A stretch of DNA of 64,000 nt. Origin: Candidatus Thorarchaeota archaeon. GTDB lineage: Archaea > Asgardarchaeota > Thorarchaeia > Thorarchaeales > Thorarchaeaceae. The position numbers and the translations under genes were made by a program. Where the stretch lies: positions 96,001-160,000 of the forward strand of contig JAFGAR010000064.1 in the NCBI GenBank assembly GCA_016933575.1. The letters run 5' to 3'. Below are positions 1 through 7,559 of this stretch, one piece after another (position 1 is the first letter of the stretch; each line of letters opens with the position of its first letter). The notes under the pieces are model-generated. The model was not told where the DNA came from and searched no databases. It saw nothing but the letters and a program-made list of their open reading frames with translations.

Positions 1-2
1 AT

Positions 3-518
3 GCAGTAGGTGATTGTGCAGAGAATTTCGAGTACATCACAAAGACTCCATTTACAGGTGGTTTAGGAACAATAGCTGTCCGGCAAGCTCGTGTTGCAGG
101 AATAAATGCAGCAGGTGGGGATGCCAAGTTCCCCGGAATTGTAGGTGCAAAGGTGACCAAGATTTTTGATCTTGAGATTGCAAGTACCGGCCTTACTGAA
201 GACCTAGCTCAACGATTCAATGTGCCTATCGTTAAAGGCTCTATTAAGGGGAGCACCAAACCTCCATACTATGTTGGCGGCAAGGACTTGAAGTTAAAGA
301 CCTTCTTCAACAAAGAAACTGGCAAGCTCGTTGGTGGTCAACTGGTTGGGCTTGAGGATGCAGCAATGCGACTTAATGTGTTGACTCTAGGTATTCAGCA
401 GGATATCAATGCGGTTGAATTATTCGACTTTGAGAATTGCTATGCTCCTGCAGTCTGCGATACTTGGGATCCATTGGTTCAATCTGCAGATGCTGCACGC
501 AAGCGGTTGAAGTTGTAA
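3..518 (+). CDS. FAD-dependent pyridine nucleotide-disulfide oxidoreductase (NADH oxidase / CoA-disulfide reductase family), 5'-truncated
   Basis: Frame is open from the window start: AVGDCAE...GTIAVRQARVAGINAAG...TKIFDLEIASTG...GGQLVG...ENCYAP, matching the C-terminal FAD-binding and dimerisation region. Confidence 0.85.
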   Translation, partial: AVGDCAENFEYITKTPFTGGLGTIAVRQARVAGINAAGGDAKFPGIVGAKVTKIFDLEIASTGLTEDLAQRFNVPIVKGSIKGSTKPPYYVGGKDLKLKTFFNKETGKLVGGQLVGLEDAAMRLNVLTLGIQQDINAVELFDFENCYAPAVCDTWDPLVQSADAARKRLKL

Positions 519-531
519 TTATAAAATAGTC

Positions 532-1026
532 CTAGGTCCCTCTGATGATTTTGATATTATTGAGAGCAAATTGAAAAGAACTGACTTGTGTCGGGGAACT
601 TGCAACCAATATAACATTCTCAAGACCACACCCATCCTTCGAATGCTCATAGACAGCTTTCACTAGTTCCTCTGCAATTTCCCAGCTCGGAACCCGCGCA
701 ACTTCCAGAGCCATAGTATAGAATCCAACACTTGCAACATTTGCCTCTTCAGCATCAGATAATGCATTCTTTGCGGTTTGATAGACGACCTTCCTTCTAT
801 CTGGATCAAGAATCGAAACACTTGGCCAATGACGGATAATTTCTGCATTAGTAGACTCCTTTATAGTGATTCCAAAACCCCCAATAGTGCCACCAGCTCC
901 AATAACTCCCGAGGGCGATATCCCAACTGGGATCTCTTTAGCTTTTACTACTAGACCTATGTCACTATCATTATGTGGTCCAAGCCGGACAGATACTGAA
1001 ATTCCTCCGATAACGTGATGATCCAA
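532..1026 (-). CDS. Degenerate macro-domain protein (probable pseudoenzyme)
   Basis: C-terminal half aligns by eye with the adjacent macro protein (KNALSDAEEANVASVGF vs QNALNIASDHNLHSVAF; LENVILV vs VKEITLV), but the GDI, NAAN and Gly-rich loops are absent. Confidence 0.6.
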   Translation of the reverse strand: MDHHVIGGISVSVRLGPHNDSDIGLVVKAKEIPVGISPSGVIGAGGTIGGFGITIKESTNAEIIRHWPSVSILDPDRRKVVYQTAKNALSDAEEANVASVGFYTMALEVARVPSWEIAEELVKAVYEHSKDGCGLENVILVASSPTQVSSFQFALNNIKIIRGT

Positions 1027-1031
1027 GGTGC

Positions 1032-1559
1032 CTACCCCTCAATTTCGTCGAGTGCTTGACTGAAGCAATCACACACGTACTTGTTAAGGCCAACAAGTGT
1101 TATTTCCTTTACTGAATGTGGTTCTTGCGCATAGTGTGCAACTCCAGTCAATATTGCTTTTGCAGACTCTTGTTCTGTTAATCCTCCCACGCCTGCTCCA
1201 ATCGCAGGAAATGCTACTGAGTGCAGATTATGATCTGAGGCGATATTCAGAGCATTCTGGACTGATGAAAGAACTTTCCAATAGGTGGCTTTTCCTCCTG
1301 GCGGCATACCTGCGCAGTGTATCACATATTTAGCTGGTAATGAGCCTCCTGTTGTCATCACCGCCTCACCCGGCCTTATTGGACCCAGTGACATGGCCTC
1401 AGTTTCTATCTCAGTTCCCCCCTTTGCCTTAATTGCCCCTGCAACACCAGATCCCATCCAAAGATCTGAATTTGCAGCATTAGCAATTGCATCGACAGCT
1501 AGATTGGTAATGTCTCCAATATAGATCTGAATGATAACACCACCAATGCTTCTCCTCAC
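1032..1559 (-). CDS. Macro-domain protein (ADP-ribose binding / O-acetyl-ADP-ribose deacetylase, MacroD-like)
   Basis: GDIT...DAIANAAN...GSGVAGAI...YVIH...SVAFPAIGAGVGG motifs. Confidence 0.92.
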   Translation of the reverse strand: MRRSIGGVIIQIYIGDITNLAVDAIANAANSDLWMGSGVAGAIKAKGGTEIETEAMSLGPIRPGEAVMTTGGSLPAKYVIHCAGMPPGGKATYWKVLSSVQNALNIASDHNLHSVAFPAIGAGVGGLTEQESAKAILTGVAHYAQEPHSVKEITLVGLNKYVCDCFSQALDEIEG

Positions 1560-1653
1560 AACACTCTCTCCTAATAGAAGCTAATTACAGTTGTAAACAA
1601 ATTCGTAAAAAGTTGTTGTCCCAAACTTTTTGAAGGGTAATAGGTGTTGAGAA

Positions 1654-2244
1654 GTGGCGAGTAACCTGAATGATGTCAATGATGAAGAGATGCTTTCATT
1701 AATTGAACGCTTTGGCGAACCGCATCGGCTTCATTTCTCTGCAAATTTCCTCAGATTTGAATGCGACTTGGTCAAATTAAGTAGAGAAAAGGGTAGACTT
1801 CATGATGTGACCTGTTTCATACGACAAAAGGACAACCGATATGTTGTGATACAGAAACATCAGTACGCTAGAACTGGAATTTATCGCGCTCCCTCAGGTG
1901 GCAGACATTTCGGAGAGAGTATTGAAGAAGCAGCTCATCGAGAGATGTATGAGGAGACTGGTCTCACAATCAGATTGGTTCATTTGGTTCTTGATGTTAG
2001 TCTTGATGTGGTGTGTAATGACGAGGTTATTCCTTGGCGTTCTTTCGTCTTTCTTGCAGAGCCCACAGGTGGTGATATGAAACCCATCGATGTTCGTGAG
2101 ATATTCGACGTTTCTGTTATGACCCGTGATCAACTTTTAACAGATGTCGATAGATTGATGCAAGAGTCAGGATGGGGCGGTTTTGCTTATCGTGCCTTTC
2201 TGACAAGAGAGTTCTTTAAACAACTCGACATTTTGTATATTTGA
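1654..2244 (+). CDS. NUDIX hydrolase
   Basis: Nudix box GGRHFGESIEEAAHREMYEETGL. Confidence 0.9.
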   Translation: MASNLNDVNDEEMLSLIERFGEPHRLHFSANFLRFECDLVKLSREKGRLHDVTCFIRQKDNRYVVIQKHQYARTGIYRAPSGGRHFGESIEEAAHREMYEETGLTIRLVHLVLDVSLDVVCNDEVIPWRSFVFLAEPTGGDMKPIDVREIFDVSVMTRDQLLTDVDRLMQESGWGGFAYRAFLTREFFKQLDILYI

Positions 2245-2482
2245 GTCAGTGTTACTCAGTTCCATATTTCAGTAATCAATCCACACTATAGAGCAGAGTT
2301 AGATTGGCAATCTGAGTTTTTTCGAAGATGACATTAACTCAACATTTACTCCCTACCCCACGATCATGCCAAGACATACCTGCTCTTTCATTTTTCATTA
2401 TAATGAATCATAATACTATTTGTTAAGAGGACTCTCTATCCGGAATGTATATTAGCTCCTAATGTTAGCCAATAGCTCCAAG

Positions 2483-2532
2483 ATGGCAATATATTTCCCG
2501 AAAGGCTTAAACAGCCTTGAGGCAATTGCCAT
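2483..2532 (+). promoter_or_regulatory. Putative promoter (CGAAA-GGCTTAAA) nested in inverted repeats
   Basis: ATGGCAAT(2483-2490)/ATTGCCAT(2525-2532), AAGGCT/AGCCTT around TAAAC, and palindrome GGCAATTGCC 2521-2530, upstream of dppA. Confidence 0.45.
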
Positions 2533-2553
2533 TATATCCAATCTAATTCCAAA

Positions 2554-2621
2554 TTCAGTCGCAACTGAAGGAGTTTCGGAAGGCTTCTTGCCTTTCTAGA
2601 ACTTCCAATGGAGGAAGCTAA
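2554..2621 (+). promoter_or_regulatory. Structured 5' leader of dppA with possible SD sequestration
   Basis: Hairpins TTCAGT-cgca-ACTGAA and GGAAGGC-ttctt-GCCTTTC; CTTCC (2602-2606) is complementary to the SD region GGAGGAAG. Confidence 0.45.
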
Positions 2622-4484
2622 GTGGAAAGAAATCAACTACTCGCGATTGTTGTGATTGTAGTTGTCGTAGCGGGCGCAGGAGTCGCCTTTGTCTTCATGC
2701 AGCAGCCAGGAAGGCCGCCAGAGAATACTCTGATATGGGAGACAATTGGTAATCCTGACTATATGGACCCTCACGTCAACTATGAGAGCTTCGGTTCGTG
2801 GGTACAATTCAACATATATGAAACGCTATACACATATCCGTGGGATAGCGCTGTAACCGATCCATCGGTTCCATTACTGGCTGCATCAGCACCAGTATTA
2901 TCAGCCGATGGTAAGAACTATACTATTACTCTTCGACAAGGCATCACCTTCCATGACGGCACACCATTCAATGCTAGCTGTGTCAAATGGAATATGGAGC
3001 GTGCGATGAAGATTTTCTACCCAGATGGTCCAGTCTGGATGGTTGCTGAACCACTCGTTGGTGGTGGTGCAGTTGAGGCAGCCGCTTTTGGCGACGGTCC
3101 AACATCTGCAGCATTCAAGGCAGCATTCGACAACTGGGTTGAGAATTCCAGTGCCATCATTGTCATGGACACGTACGTGATTAGATTCCGTCTTGCTGAT
3201 CCTTACCCGGCCTTTATCGCTGCAATTACCTATGAGGTAGGCGCAATGATAAGCCCAACCTACGCTATTGCTCACGCAAGTGATGCAGCTTGGGCAACCT
3301 GGGATGCATATGGTGTTGATTACGGCGAGTATGAGAATCCAATGACTACTCAGACTTGCGGTACTGGCCCATACATGCTTACCAATTGGGTACCCGATCA
3401 GTACATTGAATTAACTCTGTACGAAGACTACTGGAGAACCTCTACCAGCACTGGTGCAGGCTCACTCGAAAAGGTCTTCATTCGAACCAATGAAGATGTC
3501 AACGGCAGGTCATTGAACCTGAGAGCTGGTACAACTGATGCTTGTTACTGGCCAACCACAAACGCTCTAGATATCTGGAGCAATGTAACCGACGATTCCA
3601 CCGATCCAAACATCTTTGTCTCAACTGGTGGTTATAGCTACACTGTAACATTCTTTGGATTCAACATGGGAATCATCAACATGACCACTGGCGCAGTTCT
3701 TGATGAGAAGGTTAGTCCCTTCCAGTGGCTGAACTTCAGGCGCGCAGCATCATGGGCTATGGACTATGAAGCGTTCCTGTCAGCAGCTGTCAATGGATTT
3801 GGTGTCCAGGGTAAGGGATGCATACCCATCGGAATGTTCGGTCATAATGGAAGCGCATACAACTGGGAATACAATCTTACTGCAGCAGTAGAAGAATGGA
3901 ACCTTGCAATGGCTGATCCTAATTTCGTTGATTCACTCAATGAGTTGGACAACCATCTAGTTCTCTACTACAACTCCGGTAACACCGTGAGAGAGCAGGG
4001 CTGTCTATTGCTAGCTGATGGTCTCAATGCAATGTGGGGTGATGACGATGCTGACGACACTGGTCTGGATGCAGCAATGACTGTCACAACCCAGGCACTC
4101 GAATGGTCCAACTATCTAGATGCCATTCGTGAGAAGAGGATGGCAATCTTCTTCGTCGGTTGGGCACCTGACTATGCAGACCCAGACAACTATGTCTATC
4201 CATTCGCATACCACTACGGTACATACGCTCAGAGAATCTCCTACAACGATACTGACGTTAACACCTGGTACGAGGAAGCTAAGATCGAGACTGATGAAAC
4301 CGCTCGAAAGCACTTGTACAACTTGATTCAGGAGAAGCTCGCTGAAGATGCACCCTATCTGTGGATGTACCAAGCTACCGAGTTCAGAACTTGGAGAGCC
4401 TGGCTACACGGTGATGGTTTGGTCTACAACCCAATGCACCAAGCTTACTTCTACCACATGTACAAGACATACCCAACCACATAG
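2622..4484 (+). CDS. dppA: Peptide/nickel ABC transporter substrate-binding protein (family 5), N-terminal membrane anchor
   Basis: YETLY, LRQGITFHDGTPFNA, GTGPY, GWAPDYADPDN motifs; hydrophobic N-terminus; GGAGG SD. Confidence 0.92.
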   Translation: MERNQLLAIVVIVVVVAGAGVAFVFMQQPGRPPENTLIWETIGNPDYMDPHVNYESFGSWVQFNIYETLYTYPWDSAVTDPSVPLLAASAPVLSADGKNYTITLRQGITFHDGTPFNASCVKWNMERAMKIFYPDGPVWMVAEPLVGGGAVEAAAFGDGPTSAAFKAAFDNWVENSSAIIVMDTYVIRFRLADPYPAFIAAITYEVGAMISPTYAIAHASDAAWATWDAYGVDYGEYENPMTTQTCGTGPYMLTNWVPDQYIELTLYEDYWRTSTSTGAGSLEKVFIRTNEDVNGRSLNLRAGTTDACYWPTTNALDIWSNVTDDSTDPNIFVSTGGYSYTVTFFGFNMGIINMTTGAVLDEKVSPFQWLNFRRAASWAMDYEAFLSAAVNGFGVQGKGCIPIGMFGHNGSAYNWEYNLTAAVEEWNLAMADPNFVDSLNELDNHLVLYYNSGNTVREQGCLLLADGLNAMWGDDDADDTGLDAAMTVTTQALEWSNYLDAIREKRMAIFFVGWAPDYADPDNYVYPFAYHYGTYAQRISYNDTDVNTWYEEAKIETDETARKHLYNLIQEKLAEDAPYLWMYQATEFRTWRAWLHGDGLVYNPMHQAYFYHMYKTYPTT

Positions 4485-4514
4485 GTTAGGTCCGGTAGTT
4501 AGTAACTACAACTA

Positions 4515-4553
4515 GATGCAGAGGCTTCGGCCTCTGTCATCCTTTTCTTTTTT
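4515..4553 (+). terminator. Hairpin + U-tract terminator
   Basis: CAGAGGC-TTCG-GCCTCTG followed by CCTTTTCTTTTTT after the dppA stop. Confidence 0.7.
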
Positions 4554-4737
4554 CAAACTTCACTTTCCTGAGTGATTACTATTCAAACTCAATTACTCAA
4601 CAAGGGAGTAGAACTCTGTTATTGCCCTGATATGATAGTTAAAAAAGTCAGTATCAATTTGTGATTAGAATAATTTTGCTTAGTGGCGAATCATTATATT
4701 ATCCAAAAAACAAACATAATCGATAGTTGGTGAAAAA

Positions 4738-5643
4738 ATGAAGGACCTATCATCCATAACTGCTACAGAGTTATTCACTAAGTGGTGGGATGAACGCTGG
4801 ATTCGTGGAATAGTTCTCATGTTGATTCCTATTGGCATAATTGACACTGTGTTTACTATTAGCATTGCACAGCTCTATGGAATTGAAGCTGAGTTCAATC
4901 CCATTACCCGGTTCTTTCTTTCCTCATCATTCTGGTTCTTATGGCCAATTCTTAACATAAGTGGTTTCATGTTCTTCTGTATGATGGCCGGGTCATATTA
5001 CTTGCATTCTAGACTAAAACTAGGTGGCCCCGATACATCTTGGATTTCAGTAATTATCGCATTGCGCGTTGCTATGGTTGGCTATAATGTCACATTCTAC
5101 TACCTACCCTTTGTCATTACGGTGTACCCTCCATTTTGGGCTGCCTTCATCAGCTTTGTAATGACATTCTTCCTAATGAACAACCTTCTAAAACGCCAAA
5201 ATGATATTAGTTGGGAACAAACAAAATACACAATCACCAGTAAATACATCAACTATCGAGATTCAAAATTGATCTCTTCTGCTGGAATCCCTGAACAAGA
5301 TAAGGAAGATACAAGCTCCATCAAGGAAGATCTCAAGAAAGAGGTTCTTTCTGGCATACCGAAAAAGAATCAACCTCTATGGAAAAATCCTTGGGTAAAA
5401 CGAGTTGTATATCTTAGCAGTGCAGCCTTTTCGTTTGTATTAATGGGGATGGCGATTGAATTCATTAGCAACATTTCAGGATTATCAACATGGAACGACC
5501 AACGTGGTGCCTATTTTGTACTTAATGAGATAACAGGCCCTCCTGTTATGGCCTCTTTTATTGCGATATTGTTCTTCATGGGGCTATCATTATTCTTTAT
5601 TCTTAGAGCATTTTCTACTACTCAAGAAATTGACCTTGATTAA
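4738..5643 (+). CDS. Membrane protein: DUF5658-like N-terminal domain + conserved C-terminal 2-TM module
   Basis: IDTVFT...G.EAEFNP motif, multiple TM segments; C-terminal 89 aa homologous to 5773..6051 and to the C-terminus of 28143..29576. Confidence 0.75.
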   Translation: MKDLSSITATELFTKWWDERWIRGIVLMLIPIGIIDTVFTISIAQLYGIEAEFNPITRFFLSSSFWFLWPILNISGFMFFCMMAGSYYLHSRLKLGGPDTSWISVIIALRVAMVGYNVTFYYLPFVITVYPPFWAAFISFVMTFFLMNNLLKRQNDISWEQTKYTITSKYINYRDSKLISSAGIPEQDKEDTSSIKEDLKKEVLSGIPKKNQPLWKNPWVKRVVYLSSAAFSFVLMGMAIEFISNISGLSTWNDQRGAYFVLNEITGPPVMASFIAILFFMGLSLFFILRAFSTTQEIDLD

Positions 5644-5772
5644 ACAGGAAATGGCCAACACCTACGAAGTAAGTTTTTCTACGCATATAGTAGTATTATT
5701 AACTGAATCATTAAGAGTCATTCAAACGTGAGTATATCACTCTTTGAGTGCAAATCGAAGTGATGATTGATT

Positions 5773-6051
5773 ATGTCACATGACGCAAAACCTTGGTATA
5801 AGAATATCTGGCTACAAAGAATCTTCTATATTACATGTGCTATATTATCCTTGCCAGCGATGAGCTTTGCTATTCAATTAACATCCGATGCCACCGGTTT
5901 ATCGAACTTTAATTATGGTGTTTTCATCTTAAATGAGGTAACAGGTCCAATTGTCATGCTCAATTTTATTTTCATTCTCTTCTTCATTGGTCTGTGTATG
6001 GTATTCATCTTCAAGGCATTCAGTATACAAGAAGACTTGCCTATCGATTGA
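5773..6051 (+). CDS. Small 2-TM membrane protein (standalone copy of the conserved module)
   Basis: PWYKNIW..R...FILNEVTGP.VM...FFIGLCM.FI.KAF; paralogous to two other C-termini in the window; ATG 5773 preferred over TTG 5767. Confidence 0.8.
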   Translation: MSHDAKPWYKNIWLQRIFYITCAILSLPAMSFAIQLTSDATGLSNFNYGVFILNEVTGPIVMLNFIFILFFIGLCMVFIFKAFSIQEDLPID

Positions 6052-6114
6052 AAAATACTCAATCTTCAAGAACAGGAATTATCATCTCTCTAACTGATAC
6101 AGAGAGCGATTTCT

Positions 6115-6147
6115 AAAAAAAGCTGGGTAGCTCGAAAAGGAGCTACC
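6115..6147 (-). terminator. Hairpin + U-tract terminator overlapping the stop codon
   Basis: GGTAGCTC-gaaaag-GAGCTACC with an A-run at 6115-6121. Confidence 0.5.
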
Positions 6148-7189
6148 TCATTGTTAGAGCCATTACTGCTTTTTGAGCATGTAATCGATTTTCAGCTTGA
6201 TCAAAAGCAATGGATTGTGGTCCGTCAATGACTGAGTTTGATACTTCGAATCCGCGGTCGCATGGGAGACAGTGCATATAGGCTGCCTTCGGTCCTGCAA
6301 TCTTCATCATATCATCATCACAGATCCAGTGTTTGTTCTTATCAAACACAACCTGTGATTTCTCTAGCTCTGGCTTACTATTGAACGGTGGAATGAACTC
6401 CTTACATGTCCAAGCCTTAGGATAGACTACATGTGCACCTTCAAAGGCTTCCTCCATGTCATTCACAATCTCGAAACTCGATTCGTTCTCTTCTGAGAAG
6501 ACTCTGCACTGATCAAGGATTTTATCATCAAGCTCCATTCCCTTTGGATGCGCAAGAACAGTTTCACAGCCCATCTTCGTAGCTGCTATTATTGCGCTCT
6601 GAGGAACAGCAAGAGGCTTGTGAACTGATGGTGAATATGCCCATGACATAACAAATTTGACACCTTTGAAAGTGCCAAACTTTTCCTTAATGGTCATGAT
6701 ATCAGCAAGTCCTTGACATGGATGGTAGATGTCATCCTCCATGTTAATTACAGGGATATGACTCCAGTGAGCAAAATTCCGTATAACCTCATTTGCTCGA
6801 CCATAGATCCATCCAACAGGATCGCCATAACATCGAATAGCAATCCCGTGTCCCATTCTAGCAAGAACTCGTGCTACATCAGACACACGTTCCGTGGAAT
6901 AGGCTTTCTCATCTCCTTCAAGTGCTGGAGCATATATCTTGCCGGGGTCAAGAAAATGTGCATGACCACCGAGCTGTGTCATTCCAGCCTCGAATGAGTT
7001 GCGAGTTCGAAGACTCTGGTTGTAGAAGATCATGAACAGCGTTTTTGCATCGAGAAGCTTATGAGGTTCACCAGTGGCAAACTTCCGTTTGAGGTCAAGT
7101 GCGACCTCAAGGAGGGTTTCGATTTCCTCCTTTGAGTAATCAAGCAGAGTTATGAAATCTCTGCCACGAAAACTTTCTGTTTTAACCAT
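6143..7189 (-). CDS. Carbamoyltransferase, YgeW/N-acetylornithine-carbamoyltransferase-like
   Basis: SLRTRNSF, HPCQGLAD, HCLP, QAENRLH; SWAYSPSVHKPLAVPQS resembles the YgeW WAYSPSYGKPLSVPQG segment. Confidence 0.85.
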   Translation of the reverse strand: MVKTESFRGRDFITLLDYSKEEIETLLEVALDLKRKFATGEPHKLLDAKTLFMIFYNQSLRTRNSFEAGMTQLGGHAHFLDPGKIYAPALEGDEKAYSTERVSDVARVLARMGHGIAIRCYGDPVGWIYGRANEVIRNFAHWSHIPVINMEDDIYHPCQGLADIMTIKEKFGTFKGVKFVMSWAYSPSVHKPLAVPQSAIIAATKMGCETVLAHPKGMELDDKILDQCRVFSEENESSFEIVNDMEEAFEGAHVVYPKAWTCKEFIPPFNSKPELEKSQVVFDKNKHWICDDDMMKIAGPKAAYMHCLPCDRGFEVSNSVIDGPQSIAFDQAENRLHAQKAVMALTMR

Positions 7190-7296
7190 AGTTGGTCACG
7201 ACCTCTAATGTGAAGGTGGGCATTACAGAAAAAGGTTACTTATTGTGAATAATTAGTCGGTCCAATTCTGTGTCTCGATTTTTCATTTGAGATCAA

Positions 7297-7401
7297 TTAC
7301 AATTGTACTCGACCAACAGGATTCATATTGAGTCTATTCCCTTCATCCACTGTCGGATTATCGAAGTGGCTTCTGATGATATCCGGGTCATATTTTGGCA
7401 T
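7297..7401 (-). pseudogene. Short ORF / probable gene remnant (MPKYDPDIIRSHFDNPTVDEGNRLNMNPVGRVQL*)
   Basis: ATG preceded by GGTGAG SD, 34 codons then TAA; reads like a protein N-terminus, possibly of a SAM methyltransferase. Confidence 0.3.
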
Positions 7402-7559
7402 TCTCTCACCCTCAAAGTTTTCTTATGATGGATGAAGTTACACAAAAAGAGTTTGGTCAACTTTTCTTACCAAGATAGTTTTGTCATTCTGTTCCTCCTA
7501 ATGCTTAAGAGCCACGGTGTATACAGTAATGGAATACGATTAGTAGGGAAGGAGAGATC

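Noticed and set aside
532-1559. TAG read-through (pyrrolysine) fusing adjacent genes, prompted by frequent TAG stops
   Set aside because: The two macro genes are in different frames, and the DUF4139 junction hits TGA three codons after the TAG. TAG ends about 20 genes at their expected C-termini, so it behaves as a normal stop.
6143-7189. Assigning argF or pyrB to either carbamoyltransferase
   Set aside because: The ornithine-binding (DxxxSMG) and aspartate-binding (RxQxER) motifs are absent.
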